From: the human T2T-CHM13v2.0 reference genome, Homo sapiens | Strand: one strand, 5' to 3' | DNA length: 64,000 bases | NCBI RefSeq assembly: GCF_009914755.1 | Contig: NC_060948.1 | Shown here: positions 11,601 through 26,600 of the stretch, in pieces | Layout of the letters: every line of letters begins with the position of its first letter | Numbering within the stretch: position 1 is the first letter of the stretch | Notes under the pieces: model-generated | Told to the model about the DNA's origin: nothing | The model's input: the letters and a program-made list of their open reading frames with translations, nothing else | The model's database searches: none | Position numbers and translations under genes: made by a program

Positions 11601-14600
11601 AATGAATCAAATTGAATAGCATGGAATTGAATTGAATGGAATCGAATGCAATGGAATCTAATGAAACGGAAAGGAAAGGAATGGAATGGAATGGAATGGG
11701 CTGGAATGGAAAGGAATCGAAACGAATGGAATGGAATCGAACTGAAGAGACTGGAATGGAATGCACTGGAATGGAAGGGAGTGTAATGGAAGGTTCTCGA
11801 AAAAAATGGAATCGAATGGAATGGAATTGAATGCAACGGAATAGAGTCGAATGGAATTGAATGGAATGGAATGGACTAGAGTGAAATGGAATCGAACCAC
11901 AAGGAATGGACAGGAATAGAATGGTCTCGAATTGAATGGAATCGTATGGAATGGCATCAAACGGAATGGAATGGACAGCCACGGAATGGAATGCACTCGA
12001 ATGCAATGGAGTCGAAACTAATGGACTGGAATAGAATGGACTCGACTGGTACGGACTCCAATGGAATGGAATCGAATGGAAGGGAATCGAACGGAATGGA
12101 CTCGAAGGGAAAAGACTGCAATGGAAAGGTCTCGAATGGAATGGAAATAAATGGAATGGAATGGAATCGAATGAAATGGAGTCAAAAGGAATGGAATCGA
12201 ATGGCAAGAAATCGAATGTAATGGAATCGCAAGGAATTGATGTGAACGGAACGGAATGGAATGGAATCCAAAGGAATGGAATAGAATGGAATGGAATCGA
12301 ATGGAAAGGACTCGAATGGAAATCACTCGAATAGAATGCAATTTAATAAAATAGGACCAAATGTAATGGAATGGAATGGAAAGGAATCGAAACGAAAGGA
12401 ATGGAGACAGATGGAATGGAATGGAACAGAGAGCAATGGTATAGAGTGGAATGGAATCATCTGGAATGGAATTGAATGGAATGGAATAATATGAAATGGA
12501 ATGGAATGGAATGGAATGGAATGCCCTTGAATTAAATGGACTGGAATGGAATGGACTCGAACAGAGTGGAATGGAAAGTGTTGAGATAGAATGGAATGGA
12601 CTCGTTTGGAATGGTCTAGTAGGCAATGCAATCGACTGGCAGGGAATCAAAAGGAATGTAATCGAATGGATTGGACTGGAATGCAATGGACTCGAATAGA
12701 TTGCAAACGGAATGCAAAGGAATGGAATGGAATAGTATGGAATGGAATGGAAAGGAATGGAGTGGAATAGACTAGAGTGGAATGGAATGGACTGGAAAGA
12801 AATGGACTGGAATGGAACTTTCTTGAATGGACAGGAATCAAACGGAATGGAATGCAATGCAATCAAATGGCATGGAATAAAATAGAATGAAAGAGAATCA
12901 AATGGAATTGAATCGAATGGAATCGAATGGATTGGAAAGGAATAGAATGGAATGGAATGGAATTGACTCAAATGGAATGGACTAGAATGGAATGGATTCG
13001 AATGGAAGGCAAACGAATGGAATCTATTGGAATGGACTGTAATGGAATGGAATGGAAGGGATTGGAATGGACTCGAATGGAATGGACTGCAATAGAAAGG
13101 ATTCGAATGGAATGAAAAAGAATTGAATGGAATAGAACAGAATGGAATCAAATCGAATGAAATGGAATGGAATAGAAAGGAATGGAATGAAATGGAATGG
13201 AAAGGATTCGAATGGAATGCAATCGAATGGAATGGAATCGAACGGAATGGAATAAAATGGAAGAAAACTGGCAAGAAATGGAATCGAAATGAATGGAGTG
13301 TTATGGAACGGACTCAAAAGGAATTGAATGTAATAGAATGGAGTGGAGTGGACTCGAATATAATGGACTGGAATGGAATGAAATCACATGGAATGGGAAC
13401 GAATGGAATGGAATGGAAAGGAATGGAATCGAATGGAAAGGAATCGAATAGAAGGGAATGAAATTGAATCAACAGGAATGGAAGGGAATAGAATAGACGG
13501 TAATGGAATGGACTCGAATTGAATGGACACGAATGCTGAAATTGAATGGACTCGAATGGAATGGAAACGAAAGGAATGTCATCGAATGGAATTGAATCGA
13601 TTGGAATGAAATCGCATAGAATGGAGTGGAATCAAATGGAATTGAATCGAAAGGAAAGGAAGCGAATGGACTGAAACGAAATGGAATGGAATTGAATGGA
13701 AAGTAATGCAATGGAATAGAATGGAACGAAATTTCACGGAATGGAATCAAACTGAATGGAATCAAATCAATGGAATCTAATCAAATGGAATGGAAAGGAA
13801 CTGAATGGAGTAGATTGGATTGGATGGGATTGGAATGAAATGTACTGGAAAGGACTCGAATTTCATGAAACGGAATGGAATGAATTGGAACGGAATGGAC
13901 TCGAATGGAATGGAATGTCATGGAATGGCATCAAATGGAATGGCATCAAATGGAATGGAATCGAATGCAATGGAATGCTATGGAATGGAATGGAATGCAT
14001 TGGAATGGAATGTCCTCTAATGGAATGGATTCGAGTGGAATGGCATCGAATATAACGGAGTCGAATGAAATGGAATTGAAAAGAATGGGATCGAATACAA
14101 TGGAATATACTGGAATGTAATGTAATGAACTCGAATGTAATTGACTGGAATGGAATGTACATGAATGGAATGTAATCGAATGGAAAGTAATCCAATGGAA
14201 TAGAATCTAATGCAATAAAATCGACTCAGATAGAGTAGAATGTAATGGAATGGAGTGCAGTGCAATGGAATGGAATGGAATGGAATGCAATGGAATGGAA
14301 TGGAATGGAATGGAATGGAATTTAATGGAATGGGATGGAATGGTATGGAATGGATAGTAATGGACTGGAGTGAAATGGACTGGAAAGGAATGGACTCAAA
14401 TTGAAAGGGCTCGAAAGGAATGGAGTCAAATGGAATGGTCTGGAATGGAATGAACACGAATGTAATGCAATCCAATAGAATGGAATCGAATGGCATGGAA
14501 TATAAAGAAATGGAATCGAAGAGAATGGAAACAAATGGAATGGAATTGAATGGAATGGAATTGAATGGAATGGGAACGAATGGAGTGAAATTGTATGCAG

Positions 14601-17600
14601 TAGAAGGGAATAGAATGGAATGCAAGCGAAAGGAAAGGAATGGATTGGAATGGAATGGAATTCATTGGAATGGAAGGGAATGTAGTGTAATGGACAGGCC
14701 TGGAATAAAGTGGAATGCTACGGTCTCGAATGGAATAAAAATGTATGGAATGGAATGCAATGAAACGGAATCGAATGTCATAGAATGTAATGGAATGCAA
14801 AAAAATGGAATCCAAAATCATTGACAGGAAAGGCTGGGTGTCGAAAGGAATTGACTCCAATGGAATGGAATCGAATGGAATGGAAGTGAATAGAATCGAA
14901 CTAAATCGAATGGAATGGAATTGATAGGAACGGAATGGAAAGGAATGCAATGATTTGGCATGGAATGGAATCGAATGGCATCGAATGGAATGGAATGGAA
15001 TGCAATGGAATGGAATGTATTAGAATGTAATGAACTTTAATGGAATGTACTCGAATGGATTCGACTGGAATGGAATGTTCTGGAAGTGAATGGACTCCAA
15101 TGGAATGGATTCAAAAGGAATGGAATCGTACGGAATGGAATCTAATGGAATGGAATTAAATGGAAATGAATCAAATTGAATAGCACGGAATTGAATTGAA
15201 TGGAATGGAATGCAATGGAATCTAATGAAACGGAAAGGAAAGGAATGGAATGGAATGGAATGGGCTGGAATGGAAAGGAATCGAAACGAATGGAATGGAA
15301 TCGAACTGAAGAGACTGGAATGGAATGCACTGGAATGGAAGGGAGTGTAATGGAAGGTTCTCAAAAAAAATGGAATCGAATGGAATGGAATTGAATGGAA
15401 CGGAATAGAGTCGAATGGAATTGAATGGAATGGAATGGACTAGAGTGAAATGGAATCGAACCACAAGGAATGGACAGGAATAGAATGGTCTCGAATTGAA
15501 TGGAATCGTATGGAATGGCATCAAACGGAATGGAATGGACAGCCACGGAATGGAATGCACTCGAATGCAATGGAGTCGAAACTAATGGACTGGAATAGAA
15601 TGGACTCGACTGGTACGGACTCCAATGGAATGGAATCGAATGGAAGGGAATCGAACGGAATGGACTCGAAGGGAAAAGACTGCAATGGAAAGGTCTCGAA
15701 TGGAATGGAAATTAATGGAATGGAATGGAATCGAATGAAATGGAGTCAAAAGGAATGGAATCGAATGGCAAGAAATCGAATGTAATGGAATCGCAAGGAA
15801 TTGATGTGAACGGAACGGAATGGAATGGAATCCAAAGGAATGGAATAGAATGGAATGGAATCGAATGGAAAGGACTCGAATGGAAATCACTCGAATAGAA
15901 TGCAATTTAATAAAATAGGATCAAATGTAATGGAATGGAATGGAAAGGAATCGAAACGAAAGGAATGGAGACAGATGGAATGGAATGGAACAGAGAGCAA
16001 TGGTATAGAATGGAATGGAATCATCTGGAATGGAATTGAATGGAATGGAATAATATGAAATGGAATGGAATGGAATGGAATGGAATGCCCTTGAATTAAA
16101 TGGACTGGAATGGAATGGACTCGAACAGAGTGGAATGGAAAGTGTTGAGATAGAATGGAATGGACTCCTTTGGAATGGTGTAGTATGCAATGCAATCGAC
16201 TGGCAGGGAATCAAAAGGAATGTAATGGAATGGACTGGACTGGAATGCAATGGACTCGAATAGATTGGAAACGGAATGCAAAGGAATGGAATGGAATAGT
16301 ATGGAATGGAATGGAAAGGAATGGAGTGGAATAGACTAGAGTGGAATGGAATGGACTGGAAAGCAATGGACTGGAATGGAACTTTCTTGAATGGACTGGA
16401 ATCAAACGGAATGGAATGCAATGCAATCAAATGGCATGGAATAAAATAGAATGAAGAAAATGAAATGGAATTGAATCGAATGGAATCGAATGGATTGGAA
16501 AGGAATAGAATGGAATGGAATGGAATTGACTCAAATGGAATGGACTAGAATGGAATGGATTCGAATGGAAGGCAAAGGAATGGAATCTATTGGAATGGAC
16601 TGTAATGGAATGGAATGGAAGGGATTGGAATGGACTCGAATGGAATGGACTGCAATAGAAAGGATTCGAATGGAATGAAAAAGAATTGAATGGAATAGAA
16701 CAGAATGGAATCAAATCGAATGAAATGGAATGGAATAGAAAGGAATGGAATGAAATGGAATGGAAAGGATTCGAATGGAATGCAATCGAATGGAATGGAA
16801 TCGAACGGAATGGAATAAAATGGAAGAAAACTGGCAAGAAATGGAATCGAAATGAATGGAGTGTTATGGAACGGACTCAAAAGGAATTGAATGTAATAGA
16901 ATGGAGTGGAGTGGACTCGAATATAATGGACTGGAATGGAATGAAATCACATGGAATGGGAACGAATGGAATGGAATGGAAAGGAATGGAATCGAATGGA
17001 AAGGAATCGAATGGAAGGGAATGAAATTGAATCAACAGGAATGGAAGGGAATAGAATAGACGGTAATGGAATGGACTCGAATAGAATGGACACGAATGCT
17101 CAAATTGAATGGACTCGAATGGAATGGAAACGAAAGGAATGTCATCGAATGGAATTGAATCGATTGGAATGAAATCGCACAGAATGGAGTGGAATCAAAT
17201 GGAATTGAATCGAAAGGAAAGGAAGCAAATGGACTGAAATGAAATGGAATGGAATTGAATGGAAAGTTATGTAATGGAATACAATGGAACGAAATTTCAC
17301 GGAATGGAATCAAACTGAATGGAATCAAATCAATGGAATCAAATCAAATGGAATGGAAAGGAATTGAATGGAGTAGATTGGATGGGATGGGATTGGAATG
17401 AAATGTACTGGAAAGGACTCGAATTTCATGAAACGGAATGGAATGAATTGGAACGGAATGGACTCGAATGGAATGGAATGTCAGGGAATGGCATCAAATG
17501 GAATGGCATCAAATTGAATGGAATCGAATGCAATGGAATGCTATGGAATGGAATGGAATGCATTGGAATGGAATGTCCTCTAATGGAATGGATTCGAGTG

Positions 17601-20600
17601 GAATGGAATCGAATATAATGGAGTCGAATGAAATGGAATTGAAAGGAATAGGATCGAATACAATGGAATATACTGGAATGTAATGTAATGAACTCGAATG
17701 TAATTGACTGGAATGGAATGTACATGAATGGAATGTAATCGAATGGAAAGTAATCCAATGGAATAGAATCTAATGCAATAAAATCGACTCAGATAGAGTA
17801 GAATGTAATGGAATGGAGTGCAGTGCAATGGAATGGAATGGAATGGAATGCAATGGAATGGAATGGAATGGAATGGAATGGAATGGAATGGAATGGTGTG
17901 GAATGGATAGTAATGGACTGGAGTGAAATGGACTGGAAAGGAATGGACTCAAATTGAAAGGGCTCGAAAGGAATGGAGTCAAATGGAATGGTCTGGAATG
18001 GAATGAACACGAATGTAATGCAATCCAATAGAATGGAATCGAATGGCATGGAATATAAAGAAATGGATTCGAAGAGAATGGAAACAAATGGAATGGAATT
18101 GAATGGAATGGAAATGAATGGAATGGGAACGAATGGAGTGAAATTGTATGCAGTAGAAGGGAATAGAATGGAATGCAAGCGAAAAGAAAGGAATGGATTG
18201 GAATGGAATGGAATTCATTGGAATGGAAGGGAATGTAGTGTAATGGACAGGCCTGGAATAAAGTGGAATGCTACGGTCTCGAATGGAATAAAAATGTATG
18301 GAATGGAATGCAATGAAACGGAATCGAATGTCATAGAATGTAATGGAATGCAAAAAAATGGAATCCAAAATCATTGACTGGAAAGGCTGGGTGTCGAAAG
18401 GAATTGACTCCAATGGAATGGAATCGAATGGAATGGAAGTGAATAGAATCGAACTAAATCGAATGGAATGGAATTGATAGGAACGGAATGGAAAGGAATG
18501 CAATGATTTGGCATGGAATGGAATCGAATGGCATCGAATGGAATGGAATGGAATGCAATGGAATGGAATGTATTAGAATGTAATGAACTTTAATGGAATG
18601 TACTCGAATGGATTCGACTGGAATGGAATGTTGTGGAAGTGAATGGACTCCAATGGAATGGATTCAAAAGGAATGGAATCGTACGGAATGGAATCTAATG
18701 GAATGGAATTAAATGGAAATGAATCAAATTGAATAGCACGGAATTGAATTGAATGGAATGGAATGCAATGGAATCTAATGAAACGGAAAGGAAAGGAATG
18801 GAATGGAATGGAATGGAATGGGCTGGAATGGAAAGGAATCGAAACGAATGGAATGGAATCGAACTGAAGAGACTGGAATGGAATGCACTGGAATGGAAGG
18901 GAGTGTAATGGAAGGTTCTCGAAAAAAATGGAATCGAATGGATTGGAATTGAATGGAACGGAATAGAGTCGAATGGAATTGAATGGAATGGAATGGACTA
19001 GAGTGAAATGGAATCGAACCACAAGGAATGGACAGGAATAGAATGGTCTCGAATTGAATGGAATCGTATGGAATGGCATCAAACGGAATGGAATGGACAG
19101 CCACGGAATGGAATGCACTCGAATGCAATGGAGTCGAAACTAATGGACTGGAATAGAATGGACTCGACTGGTACGGACTCCAATGGAATGGAATCGAATG
19201 GAAGGGAATCGAACGGAATGGACTCGAAGGGAAAAGACTGCAATGGAAAGGTCTCGAATGGAATGGAAATTAATGGAATGGAATGGAATCGAATGAAATG
19301 GAGTCAAAAGGAATGGAATCGAATGGCAAGAAATCGAATGTAATGGAATCGCAAGGAATTGATGTGAACGGAACGGAATGGAATGGAATCCAAAGGAATG
19401 GAATAGAATGGAATGGAATCGAATGGAAAGGACAAGAATGGAAATCACTCGAATAGAATGCAATTTAATAAAATAGGATCAAATGTAATGGAATGGAATG
19501 GAAAGGAATCGAAACGAAAGGAATGGAGACAGATGGAATGGAATGGAACAGAGAGCAATGGTATAGAATGGAATGGAATCATCTGGAATGGAATTGAATG
19601 GAATGGAATAATATGAAATGGAATGGAATGGAATGGAATGGAATGCCCTTGAATTAAATGGACTGGAATGGAATGGACTCGAACAGAGTGGAATGGAAAG
19701 TGTTGAGATAGAATGGAATGGACTCCTTTGGAATGGTGTAGTATGCAATGCAATCGACTGGCAGGGAATCAAAAGGAATGTAATCGAATGGATTGGACTG
19801 GAATGCAATGGACTCGAATAGATTGCAAACGGAATGCAAAGGAATGGAATGGAATAGTATGGAATGGAATGGAAAGGAATGGAGTGGAATAGACTAGAGT
19901 GGAATGGAATGGACTGGAAAGCAATGGACTGGAATGGAACTTTATTGAATGGACTGGAATCAAACGGAATGGAATGCAATGCAATCAAATGGCATGGAAT
20001 AAAATAGAATGAAAGAGAATCAAATGGAATTGAATCGAATGGAATCGAATGGATTGGAAAGGAATAGAATGGAATGGAATGGAATGGACTCAAATGGAAT
20101 GGACTAGAATGGAATGGATTCGAATGGAAGGCAAAGGAATGGAATCTATTGGAATGGACTGTAATGGAATTGAATGGAAGGGATTGGAATGGACTGCAAT
20201 AGAAAGGATTCGAATGGAATGAAAAAGAATTGAATGTAATAGAACAGAATGGAATCAAATCGAATGAAATGGAATGGAATAGAAAGGAATGGAATGAAAT
20301 GGAATGGAAAGGATTCGAATGGAATGCAATCGAATGGAATGGAATCGAACGGAATGGAATAAAATGGAAGAAAACTGGCAAGAAATGGAATCGAAATGAA
20401 TGGAGTGTTATGGAACGGACTCAAATGAATTGAATGTAATAGAATGGAGTGGAGTGGACTCGAATATAATGGACTGGAATGGAATGAAATCACATGGAAT
20501 GGGAACGAATGGAATGGAATGGAAAGGAATGGAATCGAATGGAAAGGAATCGAATGGAAGGGAATGAAATTGAATCAACAGGAATGGAAGGGAATAGAAT

Positions 20601-23600
20601 AGACGGTAATGGAATGGACTCGAATAGAATGGACACGAATGCTCAAATTGAATGGACTCGAATGGAATGGAAACGAAAGGAATGTCATCGAATGGAATTG
20701 AATCGATTGGAATGAAATCGCATAGAATGGAGTGGAATCAAATGGAATTGAATCGAAAGGAAAGGAAGCGAATGGACTGAAATGGAATGGAATTGAATGG
20801 AAAGTAATGCAATGGAATAGAAGGGAACGAAATTTCACGGAATGGAATCAAACTGAATGGAATCAAATCAATGGAATCAAATCAAATGGAATGGAAAGGA
20901 ATTGAATGGAGTAGATTGGATTGGATGGGATTGGAATGAAATGTACTGGAAAGGACTCGAATTTCATGAAACGGAATGGAATGAATTGGAACGGAATGGA
21001 CTCGAATGGAATGGAATGTCATGGAATGGCATCAAATGGAATGGCATCAAATGGAATGGAATCGAATGCAATGGAATGCTATGGAATGGAATGGAATGCA
21101 TTGGAATGGAATGTCCTCTAATGGAATGGATTCGAGTGGAATGGAATCGAATATAATGGAGTCGAATGAAATGGAATTGAAAGGAATGGGATCGAATACA
21201 ATGGAATATACTGGAATGTAATGTAATGAACTCGAATGTAATTGACTGGAATGGAATGTACATGAATGGAATGTAATCGAATGGAAAGTAATCCAATGGA
21301 ATAGAATCTAATGCAATAAAATCGACTCAGATAGAGTAGAATGTAATGGAATGGAGTGCAGTGCAATGGAATGGAATGGAATGGAATGCAATGGAATGGA
21401 ATGCAATGGAATGGAATGGAATTGAATGGGATGGAATGGTATGGAATGGACAGTAATGGACTGGATTGAAATGGACTGCAAAGGAATGGACTCAAATTGA
21501 AAGGGCTCGAAAGGAATGGAGACAAATGGAATGGTCTGGAATGGAATGAACACGAATGTAATGCAATCCAATAGAATGGAGTCGAATGGCATGGAATATA
21601 AAGAAATGGAATCGAAGAGAATGGAAACAAATGGAATGGAATTGAATGGAATGGAATTGAATGGAATGGGAAAGAATGGAGTGAAATTGTATGCAGTAGA
21701 AGAGAATAGAATGGAATGCAAGCGAAAGGAAAGGAATGGATTGGAATGGAATGGAATTCATTGGAATGGAAGGGAATGTAGTGTAATGGACAGGCCTGGA
21801 ATAAAGTGGAATGCTACGGTCTCGAATGGAATAAAAATGTATGGAATGGAATGCAATGAAACGGAATCGAATGTCATAGAATGTAATGGAATGCAAAAAA
21901 ATGGAATCCAAAATCATTGACTGGAAAGGCTGGGTGTCGAAAGGAATTGACTCCAATGGAATGGAATCGAATGGAATGGAAGTGAATAGAATCGAACTAA
22001 ATCGAATGGAATGGAATTGATAGGAACGGAATGGAAAGGAATGCAATGATTTGGCATGGAATGGAATCGAATGGCATCGAATGGAATGGAATGGAATGCA
22101 ATGGAATGGAATGTATTAGAATGTAATGAACTTTAATGGAATGTACTCGAATGGATTCGACTGGAATGGAATGTTGTGGAAGTGAATGGACTCCAATGGA
22201 ATGGATTCAAAAGGAATGGAATCGTACGGAATGGAATCTAATGGAATGGAATTAAATGGAAATGAATCAAATTGAATAGCACGGAATTGAATTGAATGGA
22301 ATGGAATGCAATGGAATCTAATGAAACGGAAAGGAAAGGAATGGAATGGAATGGAATGGGCTGGAATGGAAAGGAATCGAAACGAATGGAATGGAATCGA
22401 ACTGAAGAGACTGGAATGGAATGCACTGGAATGGAAGGGAGTGTAATGGAAGGTTCTCGAAAAAAATGGAATCGAATGGAATGGAATTGAATGGAACGGA
22501 ATAGAGTCGAATGGAATTGAATGGAATGGAATGGACTAGAGTGAAATGGAATCGAACCACAAGGAATGGACAGGAATAGAATGGTCTCGAATTGAATGGA
22601 ATCGTATGGAATGGCATCAAACGGAATGGAATGGACAGCCACGGAATGGAATGCACTCGAATGCAATGGAGTCGAAACTAATGGACTGGAATAGAATGGA
22701 CTCGACTGGTACGGACTCCAATGGAATGGAATCGAATGGAAGGGAATCGAACGGAATGGACTCGAAGGGAAAAGACTGCAATGGAAAGGTCTCGAATGGA
22801 ATGGAAATTAATGGAATGGAATGGAATCGAATGAAATGGAGTCAAAAGGAATGGAATCGAATGGCAAGAAATCGAATGTAATGGAATCGCAAGGAATTGA
22901 TGTGAACGGAACGGAATGGAATGGAATCCAAAGGAATGGAATAGAATGGAATGGAATCGAATGGAAAGGACTCGAATGGAAATCACTCGAATAGAATGCA
23001 ATTTAATAAAATAGGATCAAATGTAATGGAATGGAATGGAAAGGAATCGAAACGAAAGGAATGGAGACAGATGGAATGGAATGGAACAGAGAGCAATGGT
23101 ATAGAATGGAATGGAATCATCTGGAATGGAATTGAATGGAATGGAATAATATGAAATGGAATGGAATGGAATGGAATGGAATGCCCTTGAATTAAATGGA
23201 CTGGAATGGAATGGACTCGAACAGAGTGGAATGGAAAGTGTTGAGATAGAATGGAATGGACTCCTTTGGAATGGTGTAGTATGCAATGCAATCGACTGGC
23301 AGGGAATCAAAAGGAATGTAATGGAATGGATTGGACTGGAAAGCAATGGACTCGAATAGATTGGAAACGGAATGCAAAGGAATGGAATGGAATAGTATGG
23401 AATGGAATGGAAAGGAATGGAGTGGAATAGACTAGAGTGGAATGGAATGGACTGGAAAGCAATGGACTGGAATGGAACTTTCTTGAATGGACTGGAATCA
23501 AACGGAATGGAATGCAATGCATTCAAATTGCATGGAATAAAATAGAATGAAAGAGAATGAAATGGAATTGAATCGAATGGAATCGAATGGATTGGAAAGG

Positions 23601-26600
23601 AATAGAATGGAATGGAATGGAATTGACTCAAATGGAATGGACTAGAATGGAATGGATTCGAATGGAAGGCAAAGGAATGGAATCTATTGGAATGGACTGT
23701 AATGGAATGGAATGGAAGGGATTGGAATGGACTCGAATGGAATGGACTGCAATAGAAAGGATTCGAATGGAATGAAAAAGAATTGAATGGAATAGAACAG
23801 AATGGAATCAAATCGAATGAAATGGAATGGAATAGAAAGGAATGGAATGAAATGGAATGGAAAGGATTCGAATGGAATGCAATCGAATGGAATGGAATCG
23901 AACGGAATGGAATAAAATGGAAGAAAACTGGCAAGAAATGGAATCGAAATGAATGGAGTGTTATGGAACGGACTCAAAAGGAATTGAATGTAATAGAATG
24001 GAGTGGAGTGGACTCGAATATAATGGACTGGAATGGAATGAAATCACATGGAATGGGAACGAATGGAATGGAATGGATAGGAATGGAATCGAATGGAAAG
24101 GAATCGAATGGAAGGGAATGAAATTGAATCAACAGGAATGGAAGGGAATAGAATAGACGGTAATGGAATGGACTCGAATAGAATGGACACGAATGCTCAA
24201 ATTGAATGGACTCGAATGGAATGGAAACGAAAGGAATGTCATCGAATGGAATTGAATCGATTGGAATGAAATCGCATAGAATGGAGTGGAATCAAATGGA
24301 ATTGAATCGAAAGGAAAGGAAGCGAATGGACTGAAACGAAATGGAATGGAATTGAATGGAAAGTAATGCAATGGAATAGAATGGAACGAAATTTCACGGA
24401 ATGGAATCAAACTGAATGGAATCAAATCAATGGAATCCAATCAAATGGAATGGAGTAGATTGGATTGGATGGGATTGGAATGAAATGTACTGGAAAGGAC
24501 TCGAATTTCATGAAACGAAATGGAATGAATTGGAACGGAATGGACTCGAATGGAATGGAATGTCATAGAATGGCATCAAATGGAATGGCATCAAATGGAA
24601 TGGAATCGAATGCAATGGAATGCTATGGAATGGAATGGAATGCATTGGAATGGAATGTCCTCTAATGGAATGGATTCGAGTGGAATGGAATCGAATATAA
24701 TGGAGTCGAATGAAATGGAATTGAAAGTAATGGGATCGAATACAATGGAATATACTGGAATGTAATGTAATGAACTCGAATGTAATTGACTGGAATGGAA
24801 TGTACATGAATGGAATGTAATCGAATGGAAAGTAATCCAATGGAATAGAATCTAATGCAATAAAATCGACTCAGATAGAGTAGAATGTAATGGAATGGAG
24901 TGCAGTGCAATGGAATGGAATGGAATGGAATGCAATGGAATGGAATGGAATGGAATGGAATGGAATGGAATGGAATGGGATGGAATGGTATGGAATGGAT
25001 AGTAATGGACTGGAGTGAAATGGACTGGAAAGGAATGGACTCAAATTGAAAGGGCTCGAAAGGAATGGAGTCAAATGGAATGGTCTGGAATGGAATGAAC
25101 ACGAATGTAATGCAATCCAATAGAATGGAATCGAATGGCATGGAATATAAAGAAATGGAATCGAAGAGAATGGAAACAAATGGAATGGAATTGAATGGAA
25201 TGGAATTGAATGGAATGGGAACGAATGGAGTGAAATTGTATGCAGTAGAAGAGAATAGAATGGAATGCAAGTGAAAGGAAAGGAATGGATTGGAATGGAA
25301 TGGAATTCATTGGAATGGAAGGGAATGTAGTGTAATGGACAGGCCTGGAATAAAGTGGAATGCTACGGTCTCGAATGGAATAAAAATGTATGGAATGGAA
25401 TGCAATGAAACGGAATCGAATGTCATAGAATGTAATGGAATGCAAAAAAATGGAATCCAAAATCATTGACTGGAAAGGCTGGGTGTCGAAAGGAATTGAC
25501 TCCAATGGAATGGAATCGAATGGAATGGAAGTGAATAGAATCGAACTAAATCGAATGGAATGGAATTGATAGGAACGGAATGGAAAGGAATGCAATGATT
25601 TGGCATGGAATGGAATCGAATGGCATCGAATGGAATGGAATGGAATGCAATGGAATGGAATGTATTAGAATGTAATGAACTTTAATGGAATGTACTCGAA
25701 TGGATTCGACTGGAATGGAATGTTCTGGAAGTGAATGGACTCCAATGGAATGGATTCAAAAGGAATGGAATCGTACGGAATGGAATCTAATGGAATGGAA
25801 TTAAATGGAAATGAATCAAATTGAATAGCACGGAATTGAATTGAATGGAATGGAATGCAATGGAATCTAATGAAACGGAAAGGAAAGGAATGGAATGGAA
25901 TGGAATGGGATGGAATGGAAAGGAATTGAAACGAATGGAATGGAATCGAACTGAAGAGACTGGAATGGAATGCACTGGAATGGAAGGGAGTGTAATGGAA
26001 GGTTCTCGAAAAAAATGGAATCGAATGGAATGGAATTGAATGGAACGGAATAGAGTCGAATGGAATTGAATGGAATGGAATGGACTAGAGTGAAATGGAA
26101 TCGAACCACAAGGAATGGACAGGAATAGAATGTTCTCGAATTGAATGGAATCGTATGGAATGGCATCAAACGGAATGGAATGGACAGCCACGGAATGGAA
26201 TGCACTCGAATGCAATGGAGTCGAAACTAATGGACTGGAATAGAATGGACTCGACTGGTACGGACTCCAATGGAATGGAATCGAATGGAAGGGAATCGAA
26301 CGGAATGGACTCGAAGGGAAAAGACTGCAATGGAAAGGTCTCGAATGGAATGGAAATTAATGGAATGGAATGGAATCGAATGAAATGGAGTCAAAAGGAA
26401 TGGAATCGAATGGCAAGAAATCGAATGTAATGGAATCGCAAGGAATTGATGTGAACGGAACGGAATGGAATGGAATCCAAAGGAATGGAATAGAATGGAA
26501 TGGAATCGAATGGAAAGGACTCGAATGGAAATCACTCGAATAGAATGCAATTTAATAAAATAGGATCAAATGTAATGGAATGGAATGGAAAGGAATCGAA